From NCBI GenBank assembly GCA_041645165.1, contig JBAZQN010000003.1, forward strand, positions 28,198 to 92,197: a stretch of DNA of 64,000 nucleotides, read 5' to 3'. A program made the translations under genes and the position numbers. The notes under the pieces were generated by a model. The model searched no databases, was not told the DNA's origin, and worked only from the letters and a program-made list of their open reading frames with translations. Source of the DNA: Patescibacteria group bacterium (lineage in GTDB: Bacteria > Patescibacteriota > Patescibacteriia > 2-02-FULL-49-11). Shown here piece by piece: positions 48,259 to 58,048 of the stretch. Within the stretch, counting starts at the first letter, position 1; the number at the start of each line of letters is the position of its first letter.

Positions 48259-48326
48259 GAGACCGGGATTCGAACCCGGAACCAACTGCTTAACAGGCAG
48301 CTGCTCTACCATTGAGCTATCTCGGA
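48252..48326 (-). tRNA. tRNA-Asn (anticodon GTT), CCA encoded
   Basis: Minus-strand TCCGAGA-TA-GCTC-AATGGTA-GAGC-A-GCTGC-CTGTTAA-GCAGT-TGGTT-CCGGG-TTCGAAT-CCCGG-TCTCGGA-G-CCA folds as cloverleaf with 7-bp acceptor, GTT anticodon. Confidence 0.85.
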
Positions 48327-48422
48327 CGGTTAGCCAGAGAATTTGGGCGGACTGCTCTACCTCCGCCAGCTGGCGGAGAGCTACCTCGGATTATTGTTCA
48401 TTGTGAAAGAACCATTTTGTCT

Positions 48423-48782
48423 TTATTCTTCTTGCATCTTTTTGTGCCGCGCCATCTGTGCGGCATAGGAGAACGCGTAGAAATATTTCTGCCAAAGCTC
48501 GTCAGTTGAGCCGTACTGGTTTTCTCCCACAAAATAATCAGCGAGCGCTTCCCGCACGCGCGCCACTTCTTTCAAGCGCGGATACATTCTATTGCGGGGA
48601 TCTTGCAGTGTCAAATCAAGAAGTTCGAGCGCCCTGTCAAAGGCGAGGGCGCTATACTCCCCATTTCCTTTTTTTCTCCAGCTGATGGTCCGTTCCACTT
48701 CGCTGCCCACGTTCGCAAGCTGTTCCATGAATGGCAGCTCAAACCACCTGCCATTGGCCAATTGTTGATGCTGGAATGTCAT
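48423..48782 (-). CDS. hypothetical protein
   Basis: 119-aa ORF, 4-nt overlap (ATGA) with upstream ORF. Confidence 0.45.
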   Translation of the reverse strand: MTFQHQQLANGRWFELPFMEQLANVGSEVERTISWRKKGNGEYSALAFDRALELLDLTLQDPRNRMYPRLKEVARVREALADYFVGENQYGSTDELWQKYFYAFSYAAQMARHKKMQEE

Positions 48783-49120
48783 AATTTCACTAAATCCCGC
48801 ACCACCTCACATATTTTTTTTTGCAGTTCAGCGTTATCAACCCCGCGGCTCCGGTTATCCTGCCAGGGGCGTATATTAATCATCGAGTCAAATTCTATCC
48901 ATTCCTCTCCCTCCGCCTCAGGTTGCAAATTGATGCCCCACAGATCTTTTTGCGCTGAACCGTTTTGTAACATGAACGCTTCCTCATCCGCATGCAAATC
49001 TCCCCCCACCGCCATAATTCTCTTCTCAATATCCACCACTGCCTTCACCAAATTTCCATAGAAACCCTTCGCCATATCCCGGAGCTCTGCGATAGTAATA
49101 TGATCGTTCACAATTTGCAT
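48779..49120 (-). CDS. hypothetical protein
   Basis: 113-aa ORF directly downstream of rpoD, co-oriented, coupled to next ORF. Confidence 0.45.
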   Translation of the reverse strand: MQIVNDHITIAELRDMAKGFYGNLVKAVVDIEKRIMAVGGDLHADEEAFMLQNGSAQKDLWGINLQPEAEGEEWIEFDSMINIRPWQDNRSRGVDNAELQKKICEVVRDLVKL

Positions 49121-49131
49121 AATTCGTTTGA

Positions 49132-50358
49132 TTAGTAATCCTTCAATTTTGCCATACCGGCGTGCGCCTCGATTTTTTCCAAAGCCTTCGCTTCGATCTG
49201 CCGAATGCGCTCCCTTGTCACGCCGAACTCCTGCCCCACTTCTTCCAGAGTGTGCGCGATGCCGTCCACCAGGCCGAAGCGCATTTCCAGGATCTTCTGT
49301 TCGCGCGGCGAGAGCCCTGAAATAATTTGCCGCACGTGGTCGCGCAGGAGCTGCAGGGCGGCCGCCTGGGAAGGGGTGACGGTTTTGACATCCTCTATGA
49401 AATCGCCGAGCTTTGATTCATCCTCCCCTTCATCCCCCACCGAGGTCTCGAGCGACACGGTATCCTGCGATATCTGGATGATGTGGCGGATTTTGGCGAC
49501 CTCTTCGCCCATTTCCGCGGCGATCTCTTCAGGGAGCGGCTCTCTTCCAAGATCCTGGATGAGCTGCCGCTCCACTTGCTGGAACTTATTTATAGTCTCC
49601 ACCATGTGCACGGGAATACGGATCGTGCGCGACTGGTCTGCCAAGGCCCTGGTGATAGCCTGCCGGATCCACCACGTGGCATAGGTGGAGAATTTATAGC
49701 CCTTGCGGTAATCAAATTTTTCAACCGCCCTAAAAAGCCCGATATTCCCCTCCTGAATAAGATCAAGAAGTGTTAAGCCCCCGCGCCCCACGAATTTTTT
49801 CGCAATGGATACCACGAGCCGAAGATTCGCTTCGACGAGCCGCTTGGTCGCTTCCCGTTCGCCCCGCTCTTTCCTCTTGGCAAGGTTCAGTTCCTCTTCC
49901 TGGACAAGGAGCGGCACTTTCCCTATCTCCCGAAGGTACATCTGGATCGAATCAGAAGAAATGTCGGAAAGGTCAAGCCGCTTCTGGTCGGCAGAGAGCC
50001 CTACTTCGCGCAGGATCTTTTGGCGCTCCTCAGGCTTCGCGAGTATCCCTAAATCCCTTTCAATCACCTGGATGCCTGCATGTTCAAGCTGGTCAATCGT
50101 CTCCTCAAATAGGTCAAGGTATTCCTCAAGCCGGGGAAAGGCGTACAGGAGCTCCATTTCAGTCACGAAACCGCGGGACCGCGCTTTCATGACCACCTGC
50201 GCTATGTCCGGTTTAAGATCTACGCGCGGCGCCTCTGCCGCAGCGCGCGGCTTGCGGACCGGCACATTCCTTTGCATCCGTGCACGGAACGCGCGGTGCT
50301 TGGGCCTGCGGATGAGCCTCTTTTGGTGTTTCATCTTTGTGCGTGAAGGATGTTTCAT
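49132..50358 (-). CDS. rpoD: RNA polymerase sigma-70 factor
   Basis: Regions 1.2-4 recognisable: [40 protein letters not shown] (region 2), …[45 protein letters not shown] (region 4). Confidence 0.9.
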   Translation of the reverse strand: MKHPSRTKMKHQKRLIRRPKHRAFRARMQRNVPVRKPRAAAEAPRVDLKPDIAQVVMKARSRGFVTEMELLYAFPRLEEYLDLFEETIDQLEHAGIQVIERDLGILAKPEERQKILREVGLSADQKRLDLSDISSDSIQMYLREIGKVPLLVQEEELNLAKRKERGEREATKRLVEANLRLVVSIAKKFVGRGGLTLLDLIQEGNIGLFRAVEKFDYRKGYKFSTYATWWIRQAITRALADQSRTIRIPVHMVETINKFQQVERQLIQDLGREPLPEEIAAEMGEEVAKIRHIIQISQDTVSLETSVGDEGEDESKLGDFIEDVKTVTPSQAAALQLLRDHVRQIISGLSPREQKILEMRFGLVDGIAHTLEEVGQEFGVTRERIRQIEAKALEKIEAHAGMAKLKDY

Positions 50359-50406
50359 GCGTTGAAGAGAAAAAAATTCTGTAACTACTGACTTAGTCCT
50401 TATAGC

Positions 50407-50504
50407 GAAGGAATACCAATTTTTCGAGGACTTATGCCTGTTTCAGACAGGCATAAGCGTTCAAGCTGCTAAATCGCGTCCGCAGAAAAATTGTGTATTC
50501 CTGA
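50407..50504. repeat. family-2 TIR-bounded element, copy C (with extra 27-bp palindrome)
   Basis: gaaggaataccaatttttcgaggac[ttatgcctgtttcagacaggcataag]cgttcaagctgct…cgcgtccgcagaaaaattgtgtattcctga in the rpoD-dnaG intergenic region. Confidence 0.6.
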
Positions 50505-50708
50505 GCGGGAAAAACCTGTGAGCAGATACAATCTTTAATGCAAAACGCTTCAATGCCGCGGGCTGACGCCCGCCGCAGTGAGTACAAAGGGGTAAACCCC
50601 GTTACCATGGGCTTGAGGTCCATGACATTGGTCGTCATTCCCCTTTTGGGTTGATGTACATTCATCTACGGTCTCAACGACTCTGTAACGCTCTAGTAAC
50701 GGGGTAAA

Positions 50709-52526
50709 TCAAAATTCAAGCTCGGCAAGCGCTTGCGTGAGCACGGTGAATTCCCTGCTCAGCGCGTCAAGCTCGGCAGTGTCCTTAGCTGCCGTTGTAG
50801 GCAAATTTTTTTGTTCGCGCTCCCGGATAATCCGCGAGAGCGCTTCCACACGCTCTTTCAGCACGAGCCGCTTCAGCGACCGTGCCAGATGAGTGATTTC
50901 TTGGAGAAGCTCCGAATCGCTTCTTCCTTGATACTCGAGGTCCCCGCGGGTGGCGAGGATTTGGACGTTTCTGTGAAGCTCTGGTAGAGACGCTTCAATC
51001 GTCGCAATGAGATGTTCGCTGGTGTGGATTCTTGACTCACTGTACCAAGAAGTGAGCATCTTGTAAAGCGCCTGATGCGGCTCCGGCACATACTCATGGG
51101 CAATGATCTGGACCGCATGCGGTATCATGGGAGGCGTAGTGAGCAAAAGCGAAAGCATGCGCTCCGTCAAACTCTGCGCAGGAAGAAAGGGCACTGCTTC
51201 CTTCACGGGCGCCGCGGCGGCGCGCGTGCCCTGCGATGAGGAGACAGCTTTGGCAAGCGCTTCGCGCAATGCCTGTTCTGACACACGCAGTTCTTCAGAC
51301 ATGCGCTTTACATAATGGTCGCGCTCAATCGGGTCCGCGAGCTTGAGAAGGTAAGGAAGCAGTGCGCCGGCAACCGCCTTTTTATCCTGTACGGTATCTC
51401 CAGGATGCTCTAGGCGGGCTTGCGTAAATAAATATTCAAGGATCGGCTGGCTTGCATTAACCGCCCCGATAAACGCTTCCTTGTCTTTCCGCACCACTTC
51501 ATCAGGGTCTTTGCCTTTATTCTTAGGCAATCGGGCTAATTTTACCGTGAAGCCGGCTGCCCAGGCGAGTTCGAGCCCGCGCAGCGCCGCGCCTTTTCCG
51601 CCCGCATCGACATCGAAACACAACACGAGCGTGTCCGTGACGCGCTTGAGAAGGATGAGTTGCAGCTCCTCGAGATTAAATGAAGTTCCTGACGAGGCTA
51701 TGGTATTGCGGATACCCGCCTGCCATAAGGAAGTAACATCCATTTGCCCCTCCACCACCAGCGCAAACCCTTGTGCGCGTATGTCCTGTTTGGCTTTATC
51801 GAGACCGAAAAGTACCGCACGTTTGTGATACAGCAGGGTTTCGGGCGTGTTCACGTACTTGCCCCCTTCCTCCTTATTTTCTTTGAGCTGCCTGCCGGTA
51901 AACCCAACGATGGCGCCATGGTGGTCCCGCAGAGGAAACATAATCCTGTCGCGGAAACGGTCGTAGACACCGCGCTCTCTCCCCGGCAAGGCCATACCCG
52001 CGTTTACCATCTCCTGGTCGCGATATCCTTTCGCGCGCAAAAAGCGCGTGAGCTCTTCCCAACCCTGCGGCGCGTAGCCTAAGAGCCATTCCTCGAGCGT
52101 GTCAGGGATAAGACCGCGTGTTTCTTTTAAATAACGCAGGGCTTCTGCGCCTCGCGCGGTCTGCAGCTGAACCGCAAACCACTGCGCGGACGCGGAAAGG
52201 AGCTCCCTCATCCTCTGCCGCTCACTCTTAAGCTGCGGATCCTCCCGTTTCAATTCAACATTCGCTTTTTTCGCGAGGATCTCCAACGCTTCCGGAAATT
52301 CAATATTCTCGATCTTCTGGATAAACGTAAACATGTCTCCCCCAAGATTACACCCGAAACAATGCCACATCTGCCTTCCCCGGTGCACCATGAATGAAGG
52401 GGTTTTTTCATGATGAAACGGGCACAAACCTTTGAGGTTTGCACCTGCCATCTTCAGCGGCACGTATTCTTGGATAATATCCACGATATCCAGCCGCGAT
52501 TTGATGTCATCGACAGGAGAGAACAT
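50709..52526 (-). CDS. dnaG: DNA primase
   Basis: CPFHHEKTPSFMVHRGRQMWHCFGCNLGGD zinc-binding domain; TOPRIM (…VVEGQMDVTSLWQAG…); upstream of rpoD as in MMS operon. Confidence 0.9.
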   Translation of the reverse strand: MFSPVDDIKSRLDIVDIIQEYVPLKMAGANLKGLCPFHHEKTPSFMVHRGRQMWHCFGCNLGGDMFTFIQKIENIEFPEALEILAKKANVELKREDPQLKSERQRMRELLSASAQWFAVQLQTARGAEALRYLKETRGLIPDTLEEWLLGYAPQGWEELTRFLRAKGYRDQEMVNAGMALPGRERGVYDRFRDRIMFPLRDHHGAIVGFTGRQLKENKEEGGKYVNTPETLLYHKRAVLFGLDKAKQDIRAQGFALVVEGQMDVTSLWQAGIRNTIASSGTSFNLEELQLILLKRVTDTLVLCFDVDAGGKGAALRGLELAWAAGFTVKLARLPKNKGKDPDEVVRKDKEAFIGAVNASQPILEYLFTQARLEHPGDTVQDKKAVAGALLPYLLKLADPIERDHYVKRMSEELRVSEQALREALAKAVSSSQGTRAAAAPVKEAVPFLPAQSLTERMLSLLLTTPPMIPHAVQIIAHEYVPEPHQALYKMLTSWYSESRIHTSEHLIATIEASLPELHRNVQILATRGDLEYQGRSDSELLQEITHLARSLKRLVLKERVEALSRIIREREQKNLPTTAAKDTAELDALSREFTVLTQALAELEF

Positions 52527-52534
52527 AATAAGTG

Positions 52535-52622
52535 AAAAATCCCAATGTCAAAATCCCAATGTCAAATGAAATCCCAATAACCAATATCAAATTTGACATT
52601 TGAAATTTGAATTTTGACATTA
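52535..52622. repeat. AT-rich tandem TTGACA-containing repeats (promoter-like)
   Basis: aaaatcccaatgtcaaaatcccaatgtcaaatgaaatcccaat…aaatttgacatttgaaatttgaattttgacatt upstream of dnaG; related array at 56770-56867. Confidence 0.45.
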
Positions 52623-52638
52623 CCGCGCCCTGCGCGGT

Positions 52639-54177
52639 TTATTCCCACTCGATCGTGCCCGGCGGTTTGCTGGTGAGATCATAAAGGACGCGGTTGACGC
52701 CCTCCACCTCATTGGTAATCCGCGTGGCGAGGCGTGCGAGCACGTCCTCGGGAATACGCGCCCAATCCGCGGTCATCGCATCCTCTGAGGTTACGGCGCG
52801 CACGACGATGGGATGCGCGTACGTACGCTCATCGCCCTGCACGCCCACAGAACGCACCTCCGGCAGAAACGCAGCATAATATTGCCACAATTTTAATTTT
52901 TTTGCGAGCGGGTCTAGCGTTTCGCGCACGATCGCGTCCGCCTGCGCGAGGGTCTTCAGGCGCCCTTCATCCACCGCGCCCACAATCCGCACGGCAAGGC
53001 CGGGACCGGGAAACGGCTGGCGCTCCACCACTGCGCGCGGGAGCCCCAAAATCCTTCCCACCTCCCTGACCTCATCTTTGAAGAGCATGCGCAGCGGTTC
53101 AATAAGTTTCAAATGCATGCGCGCAGGCAGCCCTCCCACGTTGTGGTGCGTTTTGATGGTGCTTGCCGTCCTGCCGCTTCCCGCCATTGCCGATTCGATC
53201 ACGTCAGGATAAAGCGTGCCTTGGACCAAAAAGGCGGGTTTTGATTTCAGCCGTTTTGCCTCTCTCTGGAACACTTCAATAAAAGTCCGTCCTATGATCT
53301 TCCTCTTCTCCTCTGGATCGCTTACCCCTTTTAATTTATGCAAAAATAATTGCGGCACGCGCACCACCTTCAAATCCGCCTTCAGCATGCGCCGCATCGC
53401 CTGCGCCACTTCTTGTTCCTCGCCCAAGCGAAGCAGGCCGTGGTTCACGAACACCGCAATAAGCCGGTGGCCGAGGGCATGGTGCACGAGCGTGGTGGCC
53501 ACCGCCGAGTCCACGCCGCCGGAAAGCGCGGCGATCGCGTATCCCTTGCCCGCCTTTGCTTTAATTTCCTCTATGGCTGACGTCACGAACGACGGCATAG
53601 ACCAATCCGGCGTGAGGCCTGCAATACGGACCAGAAAATTCTCAAGCATTTTTTTTCCAAACTGCGTATGCACGACTTCCGGATGGAATTGCACGCCCCA
53701 TATATTCTTTTCCTTATCCCCCACGAGGGCAAATGGGGAATGTGCAGTCACGCCATATGCGTGAGTGCCTTTGGGGAGCCGCACGACGGCATCGCCATGG
53801 GACATCCATACTCTCAATTGCTGAGGGAGACCGGCAGTGAATGGCGATCCGCGGACAATCTTTACGCTCGCGGGGCCGTATTCTCTCTGCTTCATCCTTA
53901 CCACTTTCCCTCCGGTGAGATAACACGTCAGCTGCTGGCCATAACATATCCCTAAAATGGGAATGCCCAGCGCAAACAATTCTTTCGGCACGCGCGGCGC
54001 TCCCTCTGTATATACTGATGAAGGCCCTCCGGAAAGAATAATCGCGTGTGCCTGCTTGAGCCTCTCAAGCGGCGAGCGATAAGACACCAGCTCCGCGGAA
54101 AATCCCAACTCGCGCACCCTACGGGCGATCAACTGGCTGTACTGCGCGCCAAAATCAATGACAAAAACTTGGGACAT
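52639..54177 (-). CDS. guaA: GMP synthase (glutamine-hydrolysing)
   Basis: N-terminal GATase (…GICYGQQL…) + ATP-PPase SGGVDSAV P-loop + C-terminal dimerisation domain ending …PGTIEWE. Confidence 0.9.
   Translation of the reverse strand: MSQVFVIDFGAQYSQLIARRVRELGFSAELVSYRSPLERLKQAHAIILSGGPSSVYTEGAPRVPKELFALGIPILGICYGQQLTCYLTGGKVVRMKQREYGPASVKIVRGSPFTAGLPQQLRVWMSHGDAVVRLPKGTHAYGVTAHSPFALVGDKEKNIWGVQFHPEVVHTQFGKKMLENFLVRIAGLTPDWSMPSFVTSAIEEIKAKAGKGYAIAALSGGVDSAVATTLVHHALGHRLIAVFVNHGLLRLGEEQEVAQAMRRMLKADLKVVRVPQLFLHKLKGVSDPEEKRKIIGRTFIEVFQREAKRLKSKPAFLVQGTLYPDVIESAMAGSGRTASTIKTHHNVGGLPARMHLKLIEPLRMLFKDEVREVGRILGLPRAVVERQPFPGPGLAVRIVGAVDEGRLKTLAQADAIVRETLDPLAKKLKLWQYYAAFLPEVRSVGVQGDERTYAHPIVVRAVTSEDAMTADWARIPEDVLARLATRITNEVEGVNRVLYDLTSKPPGTIEWE
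54133..54177. repeat. 45-bp direct repeat copy 1 (= authentic 5' end of guaA)
   Basis: ctggctgtactgcgcgccaaaatcaatgacaaaaacttgggacat identical to 55449-55493. Confidence 0.7.
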
Positions 54178-54208
54178 AATGCTTAAAATGAGAATAGTGA
54201 ATTATTAA

Positions 54209-55411
54209 TCAGGGGTGCATCACGCCTTTATTAAGAAATGAGAGTATTTCATCAGCCGCCTTTCGGTAACCGCCGCTCGTTAAAAAAGATTGCCTTATTT
54301 TCTCAGCTGAACTCACATATGCTCCCTCATGTAACACCTTTTTTGCGGCCATCGCTAATATCTGTGGAGTTACCGCAGAACGATCAATCATGATACCCGC
54401 CCCAAGTCGCTCTACGCGGCGCGCATTTAATTCCTGCTCCAGAGTCGAAGGAATCATGACAAGAGGCGTCTGGTAATACATGCCTTCGCTCACACTATTC
54501 AATCCGCCATGGGTTATAAAGAGTTTCGCTCTTTTAAGAATCGCTTTTTGGTCAACAAACGTTTCGACTTGAAAATGAGAGGGCAGATGAGTGAAATGTG
54601 TCTGCGTAAGGCGCCCGCCCAGAGACAGTATGACATGATAATCCATGCCTTTGAATGCCTCAAAACATATTTCAAAAAAATTATCTAACCGATCAAATAA
54701 GGTGCCGAGAGAAATATAAATAATATTTTCCTTTGCCTCTCTGTTGCCTTCCTCCTGTTCCTCATCGATAGATGCCCCGATAAATTTGTATTCCTCGCCA
54801 AAGAATCGCTCAAAGGGTTGGAAATAACGCGAAGTATACACGATATTCAGCTTTTCCCTATTGTATATAATATCCTTAAATATGCTTTTGCGTACCCCAA
54901 AAGTCTTGCATAAACGGCGCGCAACATTTATATATTTCCCGAATTGGGACGCGCCTTTGAGGGTAAACTTCCAAAGATAAGGCGTTCTTAAGGTCATCCG
55001 TCCGTTCATCAAACCAATGGGGACGGAGCAAATGGCGGGGGTATTTGTCTTGAGGGCAGCTATTTTCCCTCCTAACACCATTGCATCATGAATGAGAAAA
55101 TCCGGCTTCGTCTTTTCAATATCCTCAATACCTGAAGTGATGAATTTCTCCGTATATTCTAATATCGCAAGCCAAAAATCGGTGAGTCCGCGACTCCTCA
55201 AACACTGAACCAGCTTGTCTTCGAGCGCCGAATAAAAATCATTTCCGTAGGGATAGCGTTTAAACGCTATACCATGTCCTTCTATAACCTTCCTAAATTT
55301 ATCTGTGGAGTAATATATCATTTCTACCCCTCTCCTCGTCAGCTCACGGCAGACAGGCAGGGTTGGCAAAGTATGTCCCCAAACTGGTAAACTAAAAAAT
55401 AATCCTCTCAT
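54209..55411 (-). CDS. GT1-family UDP-glycosyltransferase (MGT/macrolide-glycosyltransferase-like)
   Basis: MRGLFFSLPVWGHTLP N-terminus and C-terminal …ITHGGLNSVSEGMYYQTPLVMIPSTLEQELNARRVE donor-binding motif; start at internal Met (track ORF extends to 55522 through duplicated guaA fragment). Confidence 0.8.
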   Translation of the reverse strand: MRGLFFSLPVWGHTLPTLPVCRELTRRGVEMIYYSTDKFRKVIEGHGIAFKRYPYGNDFYSALEDKLVQCLRSRGLTDFWLAILEYTEKFITSGIEDIEKTKPDFLIHDAMVLGGKIAALKTNTPAICSVPIGLMNGRMTLRTPYLWKFTLKGASQFGKYINVARRLCKTFGVRKSIFKDIIYNREKLNIVYTSRYFQPFERFFGEEYKFIGASIDEEQEEGNREAKENIIYISLGTLFDRLDNFFEICFEAFKGMDYHVILSLGGRLTQTHFTHLPSHFQVETFVDQKAILKRAKLFITHGGLNSVSEGMYYQTPLVMIPSTLEQELNARRVERLGAGIMIDRSAVTPQILAMAAKKVLHEGAYVSSAEKIRQSFLTSGGYRKAADEILSFLNKGVMHP

Positions 55412-55448
55412 GTATTTTATGCGACTGATCGAAAAAATATAATCCAAG

Positions 55449-55493
55449 CTGGCTGTACTGCGCGCCAAAATCAATGACAAAAACTTGGGACAT
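55449..55493. repeat. 45-bp direct repeat copy 2 (duplicate of guaA start incl. ATG)
   Basis: Same 45 bp; creates a 33-codon uORF MSQVFVIDFGAQYSQLGLYFFDQSHKIHERIIF overlapping the GT start. Confidence 0.7.
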
Positions 55494-55534
55494 GGGAAAA
55501 TAATGAAAAACTCAAAATGCATAATGGTTCGACA

Positions 55535-55645
55535 GGCTCACCATGACATTTCTGTCACCCTGAGCTTATCGAAGGGTCACGCCGAAGGCTCACCATAACA
55601 ACCACTTTCTTGTCATCCTGAGCCCGACGAAGGATGATTTTTGAA
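55535..55645. repeat. two tandem degenerate palindromic units (family related to family 1)
   Basis: ggctcaccatgacatttctgtcaccctgagcttatcgaagggtcac / ggctcaccataacaaccactttcttgtcatcctgagcccgacgaaggatgat. Confidence 0.5.
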
Positions 55646-56659
55646 TCACGATCTTATAAAGCTCGCCTCGAACCCGTTCTCACTGCACTTGGTCAGTTCG
55701 CTTGCGGTGAAAATTTTATTTTTCTTAAGCAATTCATACTCCTGCTTTAGGTTGGTCCCGTGCATTTCAGGGCCGTCCGTGTTGATCGTGAGACGCACGT
55801 GGTGCTCTAAAAGAGTCCGGAAAATGCGGCGCATCTCTTCCACGCTCTTGATGACGCCCACATTCAGGTTGGAGGTGGGGCAGAGCTCAAGGGTAATATT
55901 TTTTTCTGCAACCATATGCATCAATCCCGTGTCCTGCCATGCGAGAAATCCATGCCCGATCCGGTGGGGGGCGATATGTTCCACAATATATTTCATCTCT
56001 TTCACAGATCCTTCCTCGCCCGTATGGATAGTGGCTCCGAAACCAAGATCTTTTGCTTCCTGAAACAAGCTCTCGTATTCCTCAATATGGAACGCAGGGC
56101 TCTGCGGCCCTGCAAGGTCAATGCCCACGATCCCCCGATGCTGGTATTTCTTTGCTTTTTCAAAAATGATGGTATTCAGCTTCTTGGGGTATTCCCGGTC
56201 AAGCATCAGGATTAATCCCGCGCGCACCGAAGGGTATTCAAAGAGCGCATTTTCCATTCCGCGGATTGCTGCAAGAATAATGTAATCAAGATCGCGCTCT
56301 CCGCCGCGATTGCGCTTCATGGGATTGAACCGGAGCTCGTGCACGACGACGTTATTCGCGCGGTACGCGCCTCCTATGGTGCCGTGCACTGCCGGCTCGA
56401 TCGCCAAAGGGGATGATTGGATGAGCTCGGTCCAGTGATATAATTGCCGATCAACCTCCAAAAAGCGATGAAACTTTCCTTTCTCCTTAATAGTGACCAT
56501 CCGTTCGAACTCCCAATAATCCTTCGTCGGCAATTTGATCCCCTGTTCGTGCGCCAAGGTCCACAAGATTGCGGCGTCCACGGCGCCGCCGAGATGAGAG
56601 TGAAGCTCGGTTAGAGGAGGACCGGCGGGATGATTAGTAATTGAAGACTCACTTTTCAT
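55646..56659 (-). CDS. add: adenosine/adenine deaminase-family metallohydrolase
   Basis: LHSHLGG…HTGEEGS…TINTDGPEMHG metal-ligand motifs of adenosine deaminase superfamily. Confidence 0.8.
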   Translation of the reverse strand: MKSESSITNHPAGPPLTELHSHLGGAVDAAILWTLAHEQGIKLPTKDYWEFERMVTIKEKGKFHRFLEVDRQLYHWTELIQSSPLAIEPAVHGTIGGAYRANNVVVHELRFNPMKRNRGGERDLDYIILAAIRGMENALFEYPSVRAGLILMLDREYPKKLNTIIFEKAKKYQHRGIVGIDLAGPQSPAFHIEEYESLFQEAKDLGFGATIHTGEEGSVKEMKYIVEHIAPHRIGHGFLAWQDTGLMHMVAEKNITLELCPTSNLNVGVIKSVEEMRRIFRTLLEHHVRLTINTDGPEMHGTNLKQEYELLKKNKIFTASELTKCSENGFEASFIRS

Positions 56660-56769
56660 AGCCTTACACTTATGATGAGTAAAAATATTTTACACGCTGA
56701 AGTTCAAAATCTCACCGCTTCAGCGGGATCCCGCATACTTTAGATAAATTAGTTCAATGTGCGGGACAA

Positions 56770-56867
56770 AACTCAAATGCCAAATTAAATTCAAAATCAC
56801 AACGCCAAAACTTTGACATTTAGGCTTTGACATTTATTTGAACTTTGAAATTTGTCATTTGAACTTA
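56770..56867. repeat. AT-rich TTGACA-containing tandem repeats
   Basis: aaaactttgacatttaggctttgacatttatttgaactttgaaatttgtcatttgaac between guaB stop and add start. Confidence 0.45.
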
Positions 56868-57941
56868 TCAATAATTTGGCGCATGCTTCGTAATAAATAC
56901 TGAATGCGGGTGGCTCTCTCTCATGCCTGCATCGGTGATGCGGATAAAGTGAGCTTTCCTCTGGAGCTCGGGAATGTTGCGCGCGCCCACATATCCCATC
57001 CCGCTTCTTAATCCTCCCACAAGCTGGGTAATTATGTCCGAAAGCGGCCCCTTGAGAGGCACCGCGCCTTCCACCCCTTCGGGTACGTATTTTTTTGACC
57101 CTTTTTGGAAATATCGATCAGCGCTTTGCCCCACGTTCATGGCTCCCAAACTTCCCATACCGCGATAGGTTTTGTACGCCACGCCTTCGATGATCACTTT
57201 TTTCCCCGGCGCTTCATCCGTACCGGCAAACAGGCTCCCCAGCATGACAGCGGACGCGCCCGCGGCAAGCGCTTTCACAATATCGCCGGAGTGCCGGATG
57301 CCCCCGTCCGCGATCACGGGAATCCCTTTTTGTTTCGCGACCCGCGCCACTTCCATGATCGCGGTCAATTGCGGCACGCCTACACCAGCGACGATCCGCG
57401 TCGTGCAAATGGAACCAGGCCCTACACCCACCTTGAAGCCGTCGGCCACGCCTAAAAATGCGCGCGCCGCTTCTGCGGTTGCCATATTGCCCACAATGAG
57501 CTTTGCCTTTATTTTTTTCTTTAATGCTTTGGCAGCGGCAACGGAAGATGGCTTGTGGATATGCGCGGAATCAAATACTATCACGTCCACGCCCGCCTTA
57601 TCAAGCGCAAGGGCCCTCTCTCTATCGCCTGGCCCTACGGCAGCGGCAACCTTATTTTTGATTTTTGATTTTTGATTTTTGATTTCGTGAATCATCTTTA
57701 CCTGCTCTTCCACGGTGCAATTGCGATGCAATACCCCCATCCCCCCCGCTTCACCTAAGGCTGCGGCGAAACGGGCGTCGGTCACGGTGTCCATTGCCGC
57801 AGAGAGCAAAGGAAGGATAAGCGGCAATCCTTTGGCCGCATATGACGAAATATCAGCCTCGCGCGGGCTGATGGCAGATTCTTGCGGAATCAGGAGAACA
57901 TCGTCAAAAGTAAGACCAAACGGAGTCTTTGAGGTTTCCAT
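56868..57941 (-). CDS. guaB: IMP dehydrogenase lacking the CBS subdomain
   Basis: [11 protein letters not shown]…SAAMDTVT…GPGSICTTR…[20 protein letters not shown]…YVPEGVEG; CBS pair replaced by short [10 protein letters not shown] linker; 357 aa. Confidence 0.8.
   Translation of the reverse strand: METSKTPFGLTFDDVLLIPQESAISPREADISSYAAKGLPLILPLLSAAMDTVTDARFAAALGEAGGMGVLHRNCTVEEQVKMIHEIKNQKSKIKNKVAAAVGPGDRERALALDKAGVDVIVFDSAHIHKPSSVAAAKALKKKIKAKLIVGNMATAEAARAFLGVADGFKVGVGPGSICTTRIVAGVGVPQLTAIMEVARVAKQKGIPVIADGGIRHSGDIVKALAAGASAVMLGSLFAGTDEAPGKKVIIEGVAYKTYRGMGSLGAMNVGQSADRYFQKGSKKYVPEGVEGAVPLKGPLSDIITQLVGGLRSGMGYVGARNIPELQRKAHFIRITDAGMRESHPHSVFITKHAPNY
57655..57682. repeat. (TTTTTGA)x4 heptanucleotide tandem repeat inside guaB
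   Basis: tttttgatttttgatttttgatttttga encoding [10 protein letters not shown] on minus strand. Confidence 0.8.
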
Positions 57942-58048
57942 AGAGGAATCTTAGCAAACCTTTGGGAAATTTCAAAATTCACAGGTCTCCAATGGACTGC
58001 CGTACAGTTTCAAGAATCCGTACGACCGAATCATGCGGCGAAAACCAT

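Noticed and set aside
52535-52622. Possible CRISPR array, given the short tandem repeats
   Set aside because: Only 2-4 irregular AT-rich units with no uniform spacers and no cas genes; interpreted as promoter-like repeats instead.
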